This document shows positions 1-18,367 of a DNA stretch of 64,000 nt, in pieces; position 1 is the first letter of the stretch; the number at the start of each line of letters is the position of its first letter. The stretch is from Chrysomallon squamiferum (lineage: Eukaryota > Animalia > Mollusca). The translations under genes and the position numbers were made by a program. The stretch is taken from contig CM022668.1 of NCBI GenBank assembly GCA_012295275.1, forward strand, positions 9,796,001 through 9,860,000. The letters are read 5' to 3'. Below the pieces are notes generated by a model that saw only the letters and a program-made list of their open reading frames with translations, had not been told where the DNA came from and did no database searches.

Positions 1-109
1 ATATATATATAAATCATCATTCTGTATGTCTGTCTAATTTTGTATCTGTGATATGAAATGATAAAAAAAATGTAACAGTTTTTTTTTTTTTTTTTTTTTT
101 TTTTTTCAG

Positions 110-214
110 ACTTTAACTGAAGATGAAATTCTAGCTTTCTCTCAGATGATTTGGCAAAATAAAGAGCTTACTGATGCTTTGTATAAACTCTTTGAGGGAA
201 AACCAACAGTTGAG
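110..214 (+). CDS. HYCC1: Hyccin exon 1 (in window): TLTEDEILAFSQMIWQNKELTDALYKLFEGKPTVE
   Basis: Poly-T tract then cag at 107-109; GAG|gtaatt donor; 105 nt, phase 0/0; positionally matches human [34 protein letters not shown]. Not in the ORF track. Confidence 0.85.
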
Positions 215-329
215 GTAATTAAAACCAAAATATGTATATTTTATAATTTAACTATGATTTCTTAAAATTATATCATGTACTGTTGGCAGACCAACAACTG
301 AGTTAAAAAAAAATATATATCTATATCTA

Positions 330-364
<35 letters not shown>

Positions 365-693
365 ATATGTATATAATATATACATATTTTATTTTTTTAT
401 TTTGAAGTATTATAGAATGAAAAGTTATCTGTTTTATGGGTTCATTGTTTATAAACTCTGTCATGTTACACCAAGTGACACGACTAAAATACTTAAATAT
501 TTACATACCACCTGTTCTCATAATTTGTTTTATAATCACCATAATCAAAATATAATTTAACAAAAACTTTTTTTTTTTTTATATCATGTTAACTGTTCAC
601 ATAAGAATAAACTTTATTATATATTTACATAAAAATTGTATTTTCGTTTAAGTTGTTTTAATTAAAAATATATTTCACAACCAAATGCTCTTT

Positions 694-730
<37 letters not shown>

Positions 731-1166
731 ATTTACCTGAATATGATATAGTTGGTATATTTTGTTTCATATCAAAATTCACTTAAATATATACCATATA
801 TATACATTGCTTCTATCCAAATTTATGTCTTTGTAATTAATACATTTACAGCAAATTATAATTTATTTAATTTTTTTTTAATTAGGATGACAGTACTCCT
901 TTGAGGTGTTTAAAAAATACAGGGTGTGGGCTGTAAATTTATGTATTTATATATTCATAAATCTTCAATACATAACTAATTGTCATTGTATAACAGTTTA
1001 AAGTTTATCATAGAAAAAATAAAAATAAAATAAAAATGATGTTTCAGAACAGCTGATTAACATATAGATTGTTTCATATCAAAATACATTTCATGTACAA
1101 TATTTTATTTTTTATACATTTGTAAACATATTGTTTCATTTGGTTCAAAAAATACATTTGTAAACA

Positions 1167-1670
1167 TTGTTTCTCATGTACAATGTTTCATATCAAAATA
1201 CCTTTGTAAACATATTGTTTCTCATGTACAATGTTTCATATCAAAATACATTTGTAAACATTGTTTCTCATGTACAGTGTTTCATATCAAAATACATTCG
1301 TAAACATTGTTTCTCATGTACAATGTTTCATATCAAAATACCTTTGTAAACATATTGTTTCTCATGTACAATGTTTCATATCAAAATACATTCGTAAACA
1401 TATTGTTTCTCATGTACAATGTTTCATATCAAAATACATTTGTAAACATTGTTTCTCATGTACATTGTTTCATATCAAAATACATTTGTAAACATTGTTT
1501 CTCATGTACAGTGTTTCATATCAAAATACATTTGTAAACATTGTTTCTCATGTACAGTGTTTCATATCAAAATACATTTGTAAACATTGTTTCTCATATA
1601 CAATGTTTCATATCAAAATACATTTGTAAACATATTGTTTCTCATGTACAATGTTTCATATAAAAATACA
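1167..1670. repeat. 46/48-bp minisatellite, about 11 copies
   Basis: Unit TTGTTTCTCATGTACAATGTTTCATATCAAAATACATTTGTAAACA(TA); degenerate partial copies from about 1069. Confidence 0.95.
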
Positions 1671-1762
1671 TCAAAAAACTCCCGTGAGAATAATCAGCTT
1701 AGTAAAAATATTTTTGTTTTAAATAATAGTACTAAAATTCAGAAAACTAAAACTACATTTAG

Positions 1763-4448
<2,686 letters not shown>

Positions 4449-4657
4449 TATATAAAAGAAATAAAGAAAACATCCATTCTCCCCAAAATATAATTTCTTG
4501 TGATTTTTGTGATTTTTTTATTTGAATAATTAGACTTGCAAAGATGAATTCTAAAAACATTACATATAAAAAATAAAAATAAAAATTTAAAATTAAAAAT
4601 AATAAATAAATAAAAAGATACCCAGTTATTAGATAGTATGTTTGTTTATTTATTTGT

Positions 4658-4704
<47 letters not shown>

Positions 4705-5000
4705 TTTTAATTTTAGTTTTAGTTTTAGTTTTAATGTTGGATACAAAAGAGTGAAATTGAAACTGACCCTGGCGTGAATGACACTGAAACTAAAAGCAGT
4801 GATATATTCTTCCTGTATATGAGAAGGTTTATATAACAATATCACTTTTTGCTAACAGCTTTGCTGTGAATTGAATTAGTGGCTTTTATCTCACATAGTA
4901 TCACTATAAGAGAAGTGTATTACAGTATGAATCCATGCTGATAAATCATTAAACTTTTTTTTTGGTTAAGTTCTTGGATTCCTGTGTAACTGTAGTGACT

Positions 5001-6317
5001 ATTTTATCAGGACAGGATCATTAAACTTATAACACAGTCTGTTGTAGAGAGTACCATGTTTTCATGTTTTATTTCTAACATAATTCAAAGTTTTGTATTC
5101 ATTAACTCATTCTCCACAGTAACCTGACTGAGAACTGTCAGTTGTTTTAGAATCATTCTGCAGATTTGTTTTAATTTGTTGTCATTTGAAACTTAACGTG
5201 AAATGATGATCAAGAAAAATGACTGATTATACATGGTGCCTAGAGTAACTTGTGTTTGCTTACTAATTCTGGAGTTATTCCCCTTTACTCATTTTAATCA
5301 TTCATTTGGTTGTATATTAGTATTTTAAAACATGCATAGTTGTTATTATTATTATTGGTCATTAATTGGGAAATGTAAATATGTATGTATGTACATTGTG
5401 TGTGTGTGTGTGTGTTTTAATCAAATGTTTAACATGTGAACCTATATAAGATAAACTCTTTATTGAATAAATTTGTATGTTAAAATTACAAGAGACTAGA
5501 TTTTAATAACACATAAGATATATTTTAATAATTTTTTTATGACTCATAAATGCTGAATATTGAAGACTTTGCACTTTTCTTTATGAAAGAACAGAAGAGA
5601 AATGTGTTTTAATATGCAGACTGTCAATTTTAAATGTCACAATAACATTACTGTTAAAATCAGTTTTTGTTTTTCTGTTGCTTTATTTCCCAATACAGAG
5701 AGTGATTTAATTAAACATAAACTTTGTTGTCGACTAAATGTGTAAATAAAATGTGTTTTGTTGCAAATCAATGATTCAGTGTGTGATAGGATGATCAAAA
5801 TTTTCATCTTTAAAACAAAAACCTAGTTTGGTCACAATAATAGTTGATGTTGATATTAAATATTTGTTCTGTTGCAGATCAGTACATTATAGCACCAGAC
5901 TTAAAACCAGGTTACATTCAGATCAACTGGACATAACTCAAAATGGAATTTACTCAAATTTACTTCCTTTTTTTTTTTTTTTTTTTTTTTAAATTTATAA
6001 AATATTTTCTGACCATTTTTATCAGTACAGTAGAGTAACTTATAACTCGATCTGTTGTCTAGAGTATCATACGTTCATGTTTTATTTCTAACATTATTCA
6101 AAGTTTTGTTGTTATCAATCTTTGTATTCATTAATTCATTTTCCACAGTAGCCTCACTGAGAACAGTCAGTTGTTTTAGAATCATTCAGCAGATTTGTTT
6201 TAATTTGTTGCCATTTGAAACGTAACATGAAAACATTTTCAAGACTAATGACTGATTTTGGTGGATAAGGTCACAAGCATCTGCTTACTAATTCTGGAGT
6301 TATTCCCCTTTACTCAT

Positions 6318-6379
<62 letters not shown>

Positions 6380-7380
6380 CACACACACGTGTGTGTGTGT
6401 GTGTATAAACATGAATATCTATATTTGTTTACACACATGCACAAATATAGGGCAGATTTGTTTGTGTAGTAAGTTTTGATCCATTGATCAAATGTTTAAC
6501 ATGTGTAATCTATATAAGCTAAACTCTTTGTTGCATAAATTACTTTTTATATGTTAAAATTACAAGACAAACTGAATTTTAATAACAGACTAGATCTTTC
6601 TAAATAAAATTTAATGACTCATAAGTACTGAATATTGAAGACTTTTCACTTTTCTTTATGAAAGTCTGTCAGTTTAGCTGTCAGTTTATCTGTCATAATA
6701 ATATCACTGTTAAAATCAGGTTTTCATTTTTCAGTTGCTTTATTTCCCAATATAGAGAGTGATTCAATTAACATTAGCTTTGCTGTCAACTAAGTGTGTA
6801 AATGAAAGATGTTTTGTTGTGAACTGATGATAAATTCTGTATGTGATAGTTTGACCAAAATCTTCCTCTTTAAAACAGAAACTAAGTTTGGTCATAATAA
6901 TTGTTAATGTTCATATTAAATATTTGTTCTATTGTAGATCAGTACATTAAAGCACAAGACTTAAAACCAGGTTATATTCAGACCAACTGGACATAACTCA
7001 AAATGGAATTTACTTAAATTTAGTTCCTCCTTTTTGTTCTTTTTTTTAAATTTATAAAATATTTTCTTACCATTTTATCAGGACAGTGCAGTAACTTATA
7101 ACAGAGTCTGTTGTCTAGAGTATCATGTTTTCATGAAAGAAATGATTAAGGTGCTTATGGTCACAATTGTCTGCTTACTGATTCAGGAGTTATTCCCCTT
7201 TACTAATTTTAATAATTCATTTCGTTGTATATAGTTGTTGTTATTCATTTTTAAAACAAAAACCAATTTTGGTCATAACAGTTGATGTTGATATTAAATA
7301 TTTCTTCTACTGTAAAACTGTGTTTATCACCAGACTTGAGACCTGGACATAACTCAGAATGGAATTTACTCAGATTTAAT
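5001..7380. repeat. Diverged ~1.0-kb tandem duplication: two full copies and one internally deleted copy
   Basis: Copies begin at about 5001, 6015 and 7072 (ATTTTATCAG.ACAG...AACTTATAAC..AGTCTGTTGT). Shared blocks GGAGTTATTCCCCTTTACT and CTGGACATAACTCA.AATGGAATTTACT occur three times in the same order. Confidence 0.9.
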
Positions 7381-8689
7381 TACATTATTTTAGTTTATTT
7401 TATTATACTTTTTTAATTATTTATAACACATTACTCAGTGTTTTCTGTTTCTGCCAGACATCAGCTACATTTCTCTCTCATTTCTTTTTTTTGTTGTTGT
7501 TATGGTTGTGAGTACAGCTGACTCTGAGCAACTGTGAGTTTTCTTGAATTTTGATTTCACTATGTACAGAAGTATTTTTATTATAAAATGATGTACATAA
7601 AAACAATAGGAAATGAATTGCTAGCAAAAAAAAAAAAAAAGACTGACAACATAATTATTAAAGTTTCTTTTATTATTTATTATGATGATGATATGAGAGG
7701 TATTAATATCAATGATTATTGCAAAATGCACATTTTATGTATACATATACATATACACATATATAAAATTTATATATATTACAATGATGAAGACATCAGT
7801 AGAAAGGATGCTTTTTGGGGAGGTTTTTTCTTTAATATTTTTTCCAGAATTAACAAGCACTTCACAACTAATTACCATTAACACATAATAAAAAGTGTAG
7901 TGAAGTCATTTCACAAATATTTCTTAACATAAACGAGAACAATAAAATATTATACTGTTTTGTTTGTTTTTGTTTCACCTAGTTGGCATATCTGTAAATC
8001 ACGATGACATTTAATGAGCTAATTAACTGATAATCAAGTACAATCAGTGTTCTCGTGAATAGTTTATCTATAGTTTGCATTTCACACCTGTTACGATAAA
8101 TTCTGCTAGGAATAAAAAGCCAAAATGGCTGCCAGTCGTTTCTGTGGTTTTCGCCTCTCTGTGTGTGTGTGCAAGTCATGTGACATTTGTGTTTATAATG
8201 TCTGTTGATTGCTGCACAACATTACCTGACATTTTACACCTGCTCTTAACACCTGAGCCTAATCATTATTACCTGTACTTAACTATTGATTTCTAGTTTG
8301 GTCATCAGATGTTACCTGTATAAATATTTAATTATTCGGTGTTGTATGAACATAATTGGGTGAAAAATAATGTTTTTAGCAGGATATAAAGAGATTACAG
8401 TGTGGCAGTATTGTTGTTGTTAGGTTTCAAATATTTGTACTTCAGAATATGAAAGTTATCTTTTTCTTATTCTTTTTCTTATTTTTTTTTCTTACTACTT
8501 ACAGCATTGTTTTTTTTGTTATTATTTTTGTTATTATCTGTTATTAGAATTAAGATTTATTATTATATAGTTTTTATTACTGTTAATATTTGTCTTCATC
8601 ATCCTTAACATCACATCATAGTTATTATTATACAATCATTATTATTATTGGAGTTATTATTTATTATTATAATACTATAATGTTACTGC

Positions 8690-8726
<37 letters not shown>

Positions 8727-9499
8727 GTTATCATATAATTAATATAACAAAATATAAAAGTAAATCAATGTGTTAAAAAACAAAAAGCTGCAAAGAAAAT
8801 ATGGTCTACACACTCCTAGTAGTAAATATTTGTCATATAAATACAAAGTATATGTTATGATAAGAAATACACAAAAATATATAACTGAAAAAATAAAATA
8901 GAAAAAAAAATAAAGTCTTTGCATATTTTTGCCCTTTATACAAATAATTTTCTCCAAATATCCCTTTTTTTTTTTCAAATTTAATAGTTCCATTATTTAT
9001 CTCAAAAATAAATTTATCTTTATAATAATAGATATTCAGAACATTTTGGCATTTTACAATATTAAACAGATTATATTATATTTCATCATTATTATTATTG
9101 TTAATAAATCTGACCTATTAATGTGTAAAGATAAGAAATGTTCTAGTGGGTTTAATTGTGTATTAAGTTACAGAAAAACACAAATTACTTTGTAAATTAC
9201 TTCTCCTTTTTCATTTCTCTTGTGGCAAGCTATAAGATGTCCTGTTGTTTCTGCTTCATCAGTTTAATTAGTTCATTAAAAATGTCATTAATTGCAGATA
9301 AAATACTGCTTTACGATGTTCAAACCACTGATATTGATTTGATAACGAAGTAATATGGAGGCATAACAGTTATTAGTTTTCTAAAATTTATGGGTTTTTG
9401 TTTTGTTATGTTTCTGTTTTTTTGGAAATAAAATTGTCTTATAATAAAAAGAATTTCAAATATGGATGTATATTGGGGTTTTTTACATGGTTTATTTGT

Positions 9500-9890
9500 A
9501 AAATGTATTTGTGTGTGTTTGTTTGTGTTTGTGTGTGTGTGTGTGTGTGTGTTAATATTAATTAATTTAAATACAATTATAGATGTATTTTTATATATTT
9601 GTAAAATATATTTGTGTGTGTGTTTGTGTGTGTGTATATGTCTGTGTGTTTCTTTGTATTAATATTAATTAATTTAAATACAATTATAGATGTATTTTTA
9701 TATATTTGTAAAATATATTTGTGTGTGTGTGTGTGTGTCTGTGTGTTTCTTTGTATTATTAATAATTAATTTAAATACAATTATAGATGTATTTTTATAT
9801 ATTTGTAAAATATATTTGTGTGTGTGTGTGTGTGTCTGTGTGTTTCTTTGTATTATTAATTAATTTAAATACAGCTTCAGATGTATTTTT
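9500..9890. repeat. ~100-110-bp tandem repeat with embedded (TG)n, about 3.5 copies
   Basis: Recurring ATTAATTTAAATACAATTATAGATGTATTTTTATATATTTGTAAAATATATTTGTGTGTG, ending just upstream of exon 2. Confidence 0.9.
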
Positions 9891-9971
9891 ATTTATTTAT
9901 TTATTTATTTATTTTATTTGTTTATTTATTTATTTTTTTATTTTTTTATTTATTTATTTTTTTATTTACAG

Positions 9972-10106
9972 AGTCTGGATCCTGTGTGTAACCAGTTGTT
10001 TCAGTTTTATCGCAGTAACCATGACGACCTGAAGCGGTTTACACTGGAGTATCTGCCTAGTATCATCTTCCTCTACCTGTCTTACCTCAGTCAGAATGAC
10101 AAGAAG
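9972..10106 (+). CDS. HYCC1: Hyccin exon 2: SLDPVCNQLFQFYRSNHDDLKRFTLEYLPSIIFLYLSYLSQNDKK
   Basis: tttacag acceptor, AAG|gtttgt donor; 135 nt, phase 0/0; hyccin motif L.PVC.QLF.FYRS....L..FTL..LP. Confidence 0.96.
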
Positions 10107-10123
10107 GTTTGTACCTGATACTT

Positions 10124-11937
<1,814 letters not shown>

Positions 11938-12469
11938 AAATTAATTTATTAAATAATTGTTATGAGTAAAATTACCATATGTACATTTTTGTAAAATACA
12001 CAGTTTTTCTATATAATAATCAGATATTTTATCTCATGAAACAGAGCTCTGATTTTGCTAATTTGTATTTATGACAGAAAAAAGATGTGTTTTCTTCCTA
12101 GTTCAATACTGTTTTATGTTAAAACACGGCATCAAGTGACTTAACTGCAGACCATCAAATCTCGTTTTGTGTGCAAAATTGATTGTCTTTACAGAATTTC
12201 ATTTTCGTCTTCATGTCGTCATTAGTGACAAGAGTTTCAATCACCTGTCACTTTTTTCAAATGATTTACTGACTTCCTTAGCATGCTGATGTTATATAAA
12301 TAAAATAAAAATTTCCCGTTATCTCTACTGTTAATGTTGTTGTTATTGTTATTATAGTTGTTGTTTTTTGCTGTTGCTTTTATTATTGTGGTTGTTCTTG
12401 TTGTTGTTATTATTATTTCCGTTAGTCTTATTATTACTATTACAGCTGTAATTATTATTATTATTGTTA

Positions 12470-12504
<35 letters not shown>

Positions 12505-12606
12505 ATAGTTGTTTTATTGTTAAAGATGTTACTGTTACTATTATTGCCTTTTTGTTATAGATATTATTATTACTGTTGTAGTTATTATTATTTATATTAC
12601 TACTAC

Positions 12607-12653
<47 letters not shown>

Positions 12654-13067
12654 TATTTTATTGTTATTGTTGTTACCGTTATTACCTTATTGTTATAGAT
12701 ATTATTATTAATATTACTGTTGCAGTTGTTGTTATTATTTCTATTATTGCTACTCTTTATTATTATTATTATTATTATATTTATTATTATTATTATTATT
12801 ATTACTATTTTATTATTATTATTATTATTATTATTTATTTTATTATTTATTTTTTAACCAGTAAACACTAACAGAAGATAAAAATAAAAGCTCTTCAGAG
12901 TCATTAACAACAAAAAAACAACACAACTCATATTGACGTTATTTTCCGGTCTCTGCAGCTTATCAAACGTGCTCAGCGTTGTGTTGCAGGTCGAAGATGA
13001 GTTAACGCTGTGTTTGGTAATAAAACTAGACTTCGTCCTCCTTTAATTACTGAATTCCCAATCCAGC

Positions 13068-13096
13068 ACGGATTACAGGGGATTACGCTAATCCTA
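13068..13096. promoter_or_regulatory. Three clustered K50-homeodomain (Otx/Pitx/Gsc-type) TAATCC sites in a CpG-retaining island
   Basis: GGATTA 13070-13075, GGATTA 13080-13085, TAATCC 13089-13094, within the complex-sequence island at about 12930-13230. Confidence 0.4.
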
Positions 13097-13252
13097 TTAC
13101 ATGTTTATCCTTATTGGTTGGCGGGTATGTTTGTCGAAGATAATTACAGGTTGCTGTTTCATACCTGTTCATACCTGAACAGGTGGCTAATGAAATTGGG
13201 GCTCTGTTTGGTTTCAGGTATATCTGTTTAAAATAAATGTGAAAATGAATGG

Positions 13253-13286
<34 letters not shown>

Positions 13287-13653
13287 CTATGATACTGTCA
13301 AACTGTGATTCAGTTTCACATCTGAGTGCATAAGAAAAATGTGAGAAAGAAAGAAAAAGGGATTCGAGAGAGACAGAGTAAGTAAAAAAAAAAAATGGAG
13401 AAAGTAAGATCAGTAAACAGACCAATAGACAGACAGACAGACAGACAGATATAGGGAAAATGTAGGGGTTTCAGTTCTTAATAAAATCAGTGTCAGAACT
13501 TGTGTATAAATGCTATTGTAGTAACCACAGGAATATCTTCTTATATGAATGTTACTTCAGTAATTGTGAGGCCTTCTTTGGTTTCTACTTTAAGAAAAAC
13601 AAAGAATCAATAATTTGGAATAGACTTTGAAATAAGAATTATCTCCCTTGCAT

Positions 13654-13693
<40 letters not shown>

Positions 13694-15103
13694 AAACAAA
13701 AATGTCACACAAACAAAAACACACACACACACACACACACAGGCACACACACAAACATGCACATGCACATACATATACACCTTCATTGACATCCAAATAT
13801 TTGCACAAACAAACAAAAGGAAAATGAGGGAGAAAAAACAAACAAAAAACCTGTAAGAATTCATACACCATTAACAATTTTCAACATCATTTATTTTACT
13901 TTTATTACCTTTGTATGAAAAACATTTACCATGTAGGCTTTTATTGCCAGTAATGATATTAAAACACTTATGTATGAAAAAAACTGCTTGAGCAGATTCA
14001 ATGTAAATAATGATATTAAATTACTAATTACTTTTATTCTAATCTGAAACAAAAAAAAAAATTAGCAACAAAAGTCCATTGTTTATTATGTTTATATGTT
14101 TTTCTACAAAATGATATCAGATACTTTGTTTTTGTTTATGAAAATCAAATTATATCAAAGTAGATATAAAATAAAATTAAAAAAAAAAAAAAAAAAAATC
14201 ATTAAAAATAATGCAGGTACAAATAATATATCTTTAAGTGCAAAATGAAGATTTCATTTTTTTGAAAAGTGACTCTTTCCCATAAATTTTAATATACATG
14301 TATTTTTCTTTACTTTTCTTCTTTTCTTCTTTTTCAAATTTGACTTCTTTTTTTTTACAAATATGGAACATTATAACTTTTTCTTATCTAATTTTTAAAT
14401 TTCTTTTTCTTTTTAATTTCTGTTTAAATACATATTTCCAATTCTATATTTAATAATAACATAAAAAAGAACAAGGAAAAAAAAAAGAGACTGAGAGAAA
14501 AAAGGTATTGAATTTTTAAACTGCTATTTCAATTGTAAATAAAATAACAATAATATTTCTTATATTTATTTAAGTCAAACATTTATGAACTGTCTTTTTA
14601 TATTTTTTTTAAATTTGGTTTTAGTAAGCTTGAAGAATGTAGAAAATTACTGTAACAAGTTTTATTAATTTGTTAAAAGGAATTTTTTAGAGACAAAAAT
14701 CACATAAAGCAACTTAGCCATTACTTCGTGTCCCTTTGATAGACACAGGTCACCAACATGGCCATTACTAATGAAATGAAACAGTAATTAAGAACTTTTG
14801 TTTATTGAGTTTTTAATCAAAATTTGGGGTTTGGTCAACAGAAACAAAAAGGGATTAAAAGATTTGACTAAAATAATGAAAGTATTATACAGATAATGTA
14901 AATGCTTTTAGTTTGTTTTTTTATACTAATCCAAGCTTTAGTTATAGTGGAAGACCTACAGTGTATACCTTCATCCTCTCTTAACTAGTGGTATTAATTA
15001 GAAAAAGTAATCATATAATTAATAAAATAGCAGTAATACATAAATTTGTAAAAAAATTGGAAGAAATAATTAACAACTGTTGCTACTATTACTACTACTA
15101 TTC

Positions 15104-15154
<51 letters not shown>

Positions 15155-15704
15155 TTGTTGCTACTCTTAATTTTACTAACACCATTACTACTATTACTAC
15201 TACCACTAGTAATATTACTATTGCTACTATTACTACTGTTACACAAATACTGCTACTACTACTGTTACTACAAGTACTGCTACTACTGCTACAGCTAAAA
15301 CAAGTACTACTGCTACTACTGCCATAAGTACTACTACTACAAGTACTACTACATGTGATACTATAATTTTAGGTTTATGGTTAAAGTCAGGATTAAGGTT
15401 AGAAATAGGATTACATTTGGAGTATTTTTAGTTTAGATGGGCTAATACAGCAGCACATCTTTTACCTAAAAATAATCACTAAAATTAAAAACAGTAATAG
15501 TGACAGAAAAATAATTCAAACTGAAATCTGAAATTTTAGATCAGTTTAATTTTAATAAAAAAATAAAAAGAATCAGATTTCGAATTTAGTCCAAATAATT
15601 TTCTTGCTTTAATGTTAAAAATAACAATAAGAACAGTTTAAAAAAAATATAAAAGCTCAAAGCATGGAATCTTTTCTAGAAAAATCTTCACGATGATGCA
15701 AACC

Positions 15705-15736
<32 letters not shown>

Positions 15737-15868
15737 ATTTGGTAGAAAGAATATATATATTTTTTTTTTACTTTCTATTTACAAAAATAAAACTCTTCAT
15801 CTCCGAGTTAACAACAAATCAATTTGTGTCGAGATTACCCTGTTTCTCTACCTGCCTGCCACTACCAC

Positions 15869-15914
15869 GTCACCACGGCAACACAGTTGTTTACCTTTTA
15901 GTTACCATGGCAAC
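15869..15914. promoter_or_regulatory. Paired RFX X-box motifs
   Basis: GTCACCACGGCAAC (15869-15882) and GTTACCATGGCAAC (15901-15914) match the GTNRCC-N0-3-RGYAAC consensus. Confidence 0.55.
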
Positions 15915-17819
15915 AGATATATCTTAATTAATTGGGGATTGGCAGCAGAATGAGGCTGTGGAAAGAGGATTGATGCAGGCAGACATTTTTTATTTTTTTT
16001 TAAATGTTTATTTTATTTTTTATTTTTTTTTTTTTTGTTATTTTAGTTTTTTAAAACAAAATCTAACTGGGGGTTTGTGACGACAGAAATGTAAAAGAAA
16101 AATGGTGGTCGATAGAGTGACAGCTGCTCCCGGTCTCATCCAGTTGTGTTTATTAATTGAAAAATCAAATCTGCTGCTAATTATTGTTTTTGTGTAAAAG
16201 GAAGGAAATGTTTTTCCCTCCCGAAGTTCCTAATGGCTTCGTTCATTGTTGCAGTAATATGTCGCTAGTTACTCGTTTTTTTTTTTGTTATTTTGTTTTT
16301 TTTTAGATCGTTAAAGAATATGCTTTGATTCTTTCCAGATATATTTCCTTCGTACAAACAAATATTTTGATAGGATGAAAAGATAAAGGTTGTACAGTCT
16401 GTTAATACTGTCATCATTATCTTCTTTTTCTTTTCTTTTTCTTCTTTTTTTTTTTCGTCAATGAGAGATACTTTTTGTAGTCGATTCTTGTAATTATCAT
16501 TGGCAATTTTGGAACTAGAAATATCGAAAACCCATTTCTTAGTCATGAACTGAAGACAAGTTCTATACACTGGGAAAAAAAGGATAGAATTAAGAAATCA
16601 AGAGAGAAAGGAAACCCAACAAAATAAGTAAATAAATTGATCAATCAATAATAATAATAGTAGTAATAATGTGGATTGAAAAAAACAGTTCATTTCTACA
16701 GTAACAATTTAGAAAATAAATACACCATACATTTTCTACAGAGTTTACCAGTGAATATAAGATAAGCATGTTTCTATATAAAGGACAGTTTATACCACAA
16801 TTTCTTATTTTATTTTATTTTATTTTTTAGTTTTGTATTTTTTAATTAATCAGACACTGTATATTGTACAAAGCAGTGTTTCCAGACAAAATATACAGTT
16901 GAGTAATTTGCATATGATGTATTAAGATGAAAATTTCTGAACCCATTAATATTAATGGTCTAGAAATCCTTCCATAAAATTTTACCGTTTTGTGAAATAT
17001 ATTAATTTATATGACCAAATGGATCTGGTGCATGTGCTGAACATGTTATAATTTTAAAAAGCTTGAGCCAAAGGGGAGGAGACATCTTTTTTTTTGGGAG
17101 TGGGTGTTTGATAATAGTAATAAAAAGTTTAGATACTCTTGTGTGAAATGATGATAACCTGGTTTGTTAACTGATGAGAAACAATCTCTATAACATTCAC
17201 TCTTTATTTCTGTGTGCTGTCTCTGGTTTTTATTTATTTATTTATTTATTTATCATCATCATCATCATCACTACTATTACTATTACTATCATCATCATCA
17301 TCATCATCACTACTATTATTATTACTATTATTATCATCACCATTGTCATCATCATCATCATTACTACTACTAATATGGCCACCATCACCACCACTACTAT
17401 TACTACTACTACTACTACTACTACTGCTACTACTACTATTATTTATTTATTTAATTTTGTTGTGTGTGTGTGTGTGTGTGTATTTTTTTTTTTTGATATG
17501 TGTACCACTGCTTCCAGTATTTGTAAGTTAACTATGGTTAGCATCTAACTGTTGTTTACCTTTTTGTTTTCCAAACAGTGTTTAATTTAAAATCTGTATA
17601 ATGGTTATACACTTAATTTATTTGTTGTTCTGTCTGTATCTACAAACAAAGAGAAAGTCTGTTACTGTCTATGGGAGGGTGCATATAAATGCTGTCTTGT
17701 TGCTAACTGGAAAGATAGGGAAAAAAACCCCATCCAAATGTGGGTTTAGTGGGTTTCAGTATTTCCTTCCTTGTACAAGTAATTTTGTGTATTATTTTGG
17801 CTGATTAATTAATTTGTAT

Positions 17820-18075
17820 AACGACTGTTTTATTTCCTTGTTAATTGTATAAAAGCAGTTTTATTTAATTGTTTAACAATTGTATCAAAGCAGTTTTATT
17901 TAATCGTATAACAATTGTATCAAAGCAGTTTTATTTAATTGTATAACAATTGTATAAAGCAGTTTTATTTGTTTAATTTTATAAAATTTTATTTAATCGT
18001 ATAACAATTGTATCAAAGCAGTTTTATTTAATTGTTTAACAATTGTATCAAAGCAGTTTTATTTAATTGTATCTA
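17820..18075. repeat. ~35-bp minisatellite
   Basis: Recurring AACAATTGTATCAAAGCAGTTTTATTTAAT(T/C)GT(A/T)T. Confidence 0.85.
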
Positions 18076-18331
18076 CATTCAGTTTGTTATTTTGTACAAT
18101 TTCTTGATTTATTTTTCATAATCAGTATACTGTTTATATATAATATATGTCAGTATAATTATTATTTATTTTTAATGGGTTTTATTATTACTATTATTAT
18201 TATTATTATTATTATTATCTTACAACAATTTATAATAATAACCTTCAAGACACTTGCAGCACACAAACACAACCACACAAACGTTCATACTTACACAACA
18301 TACATTCAGTTTATACAACAGAGATGAACAC

Positions 18332-18367
<36 letters not shown>

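Noticed and set aside
1167-1670. Regular arrays (also 32998-33632 and 61700-62530) as CRISPR-like
   Set aside because: Head-to-tail units with no unique spacers, no cas genes, in a eukaryotic intron: ordinary minisatellites.
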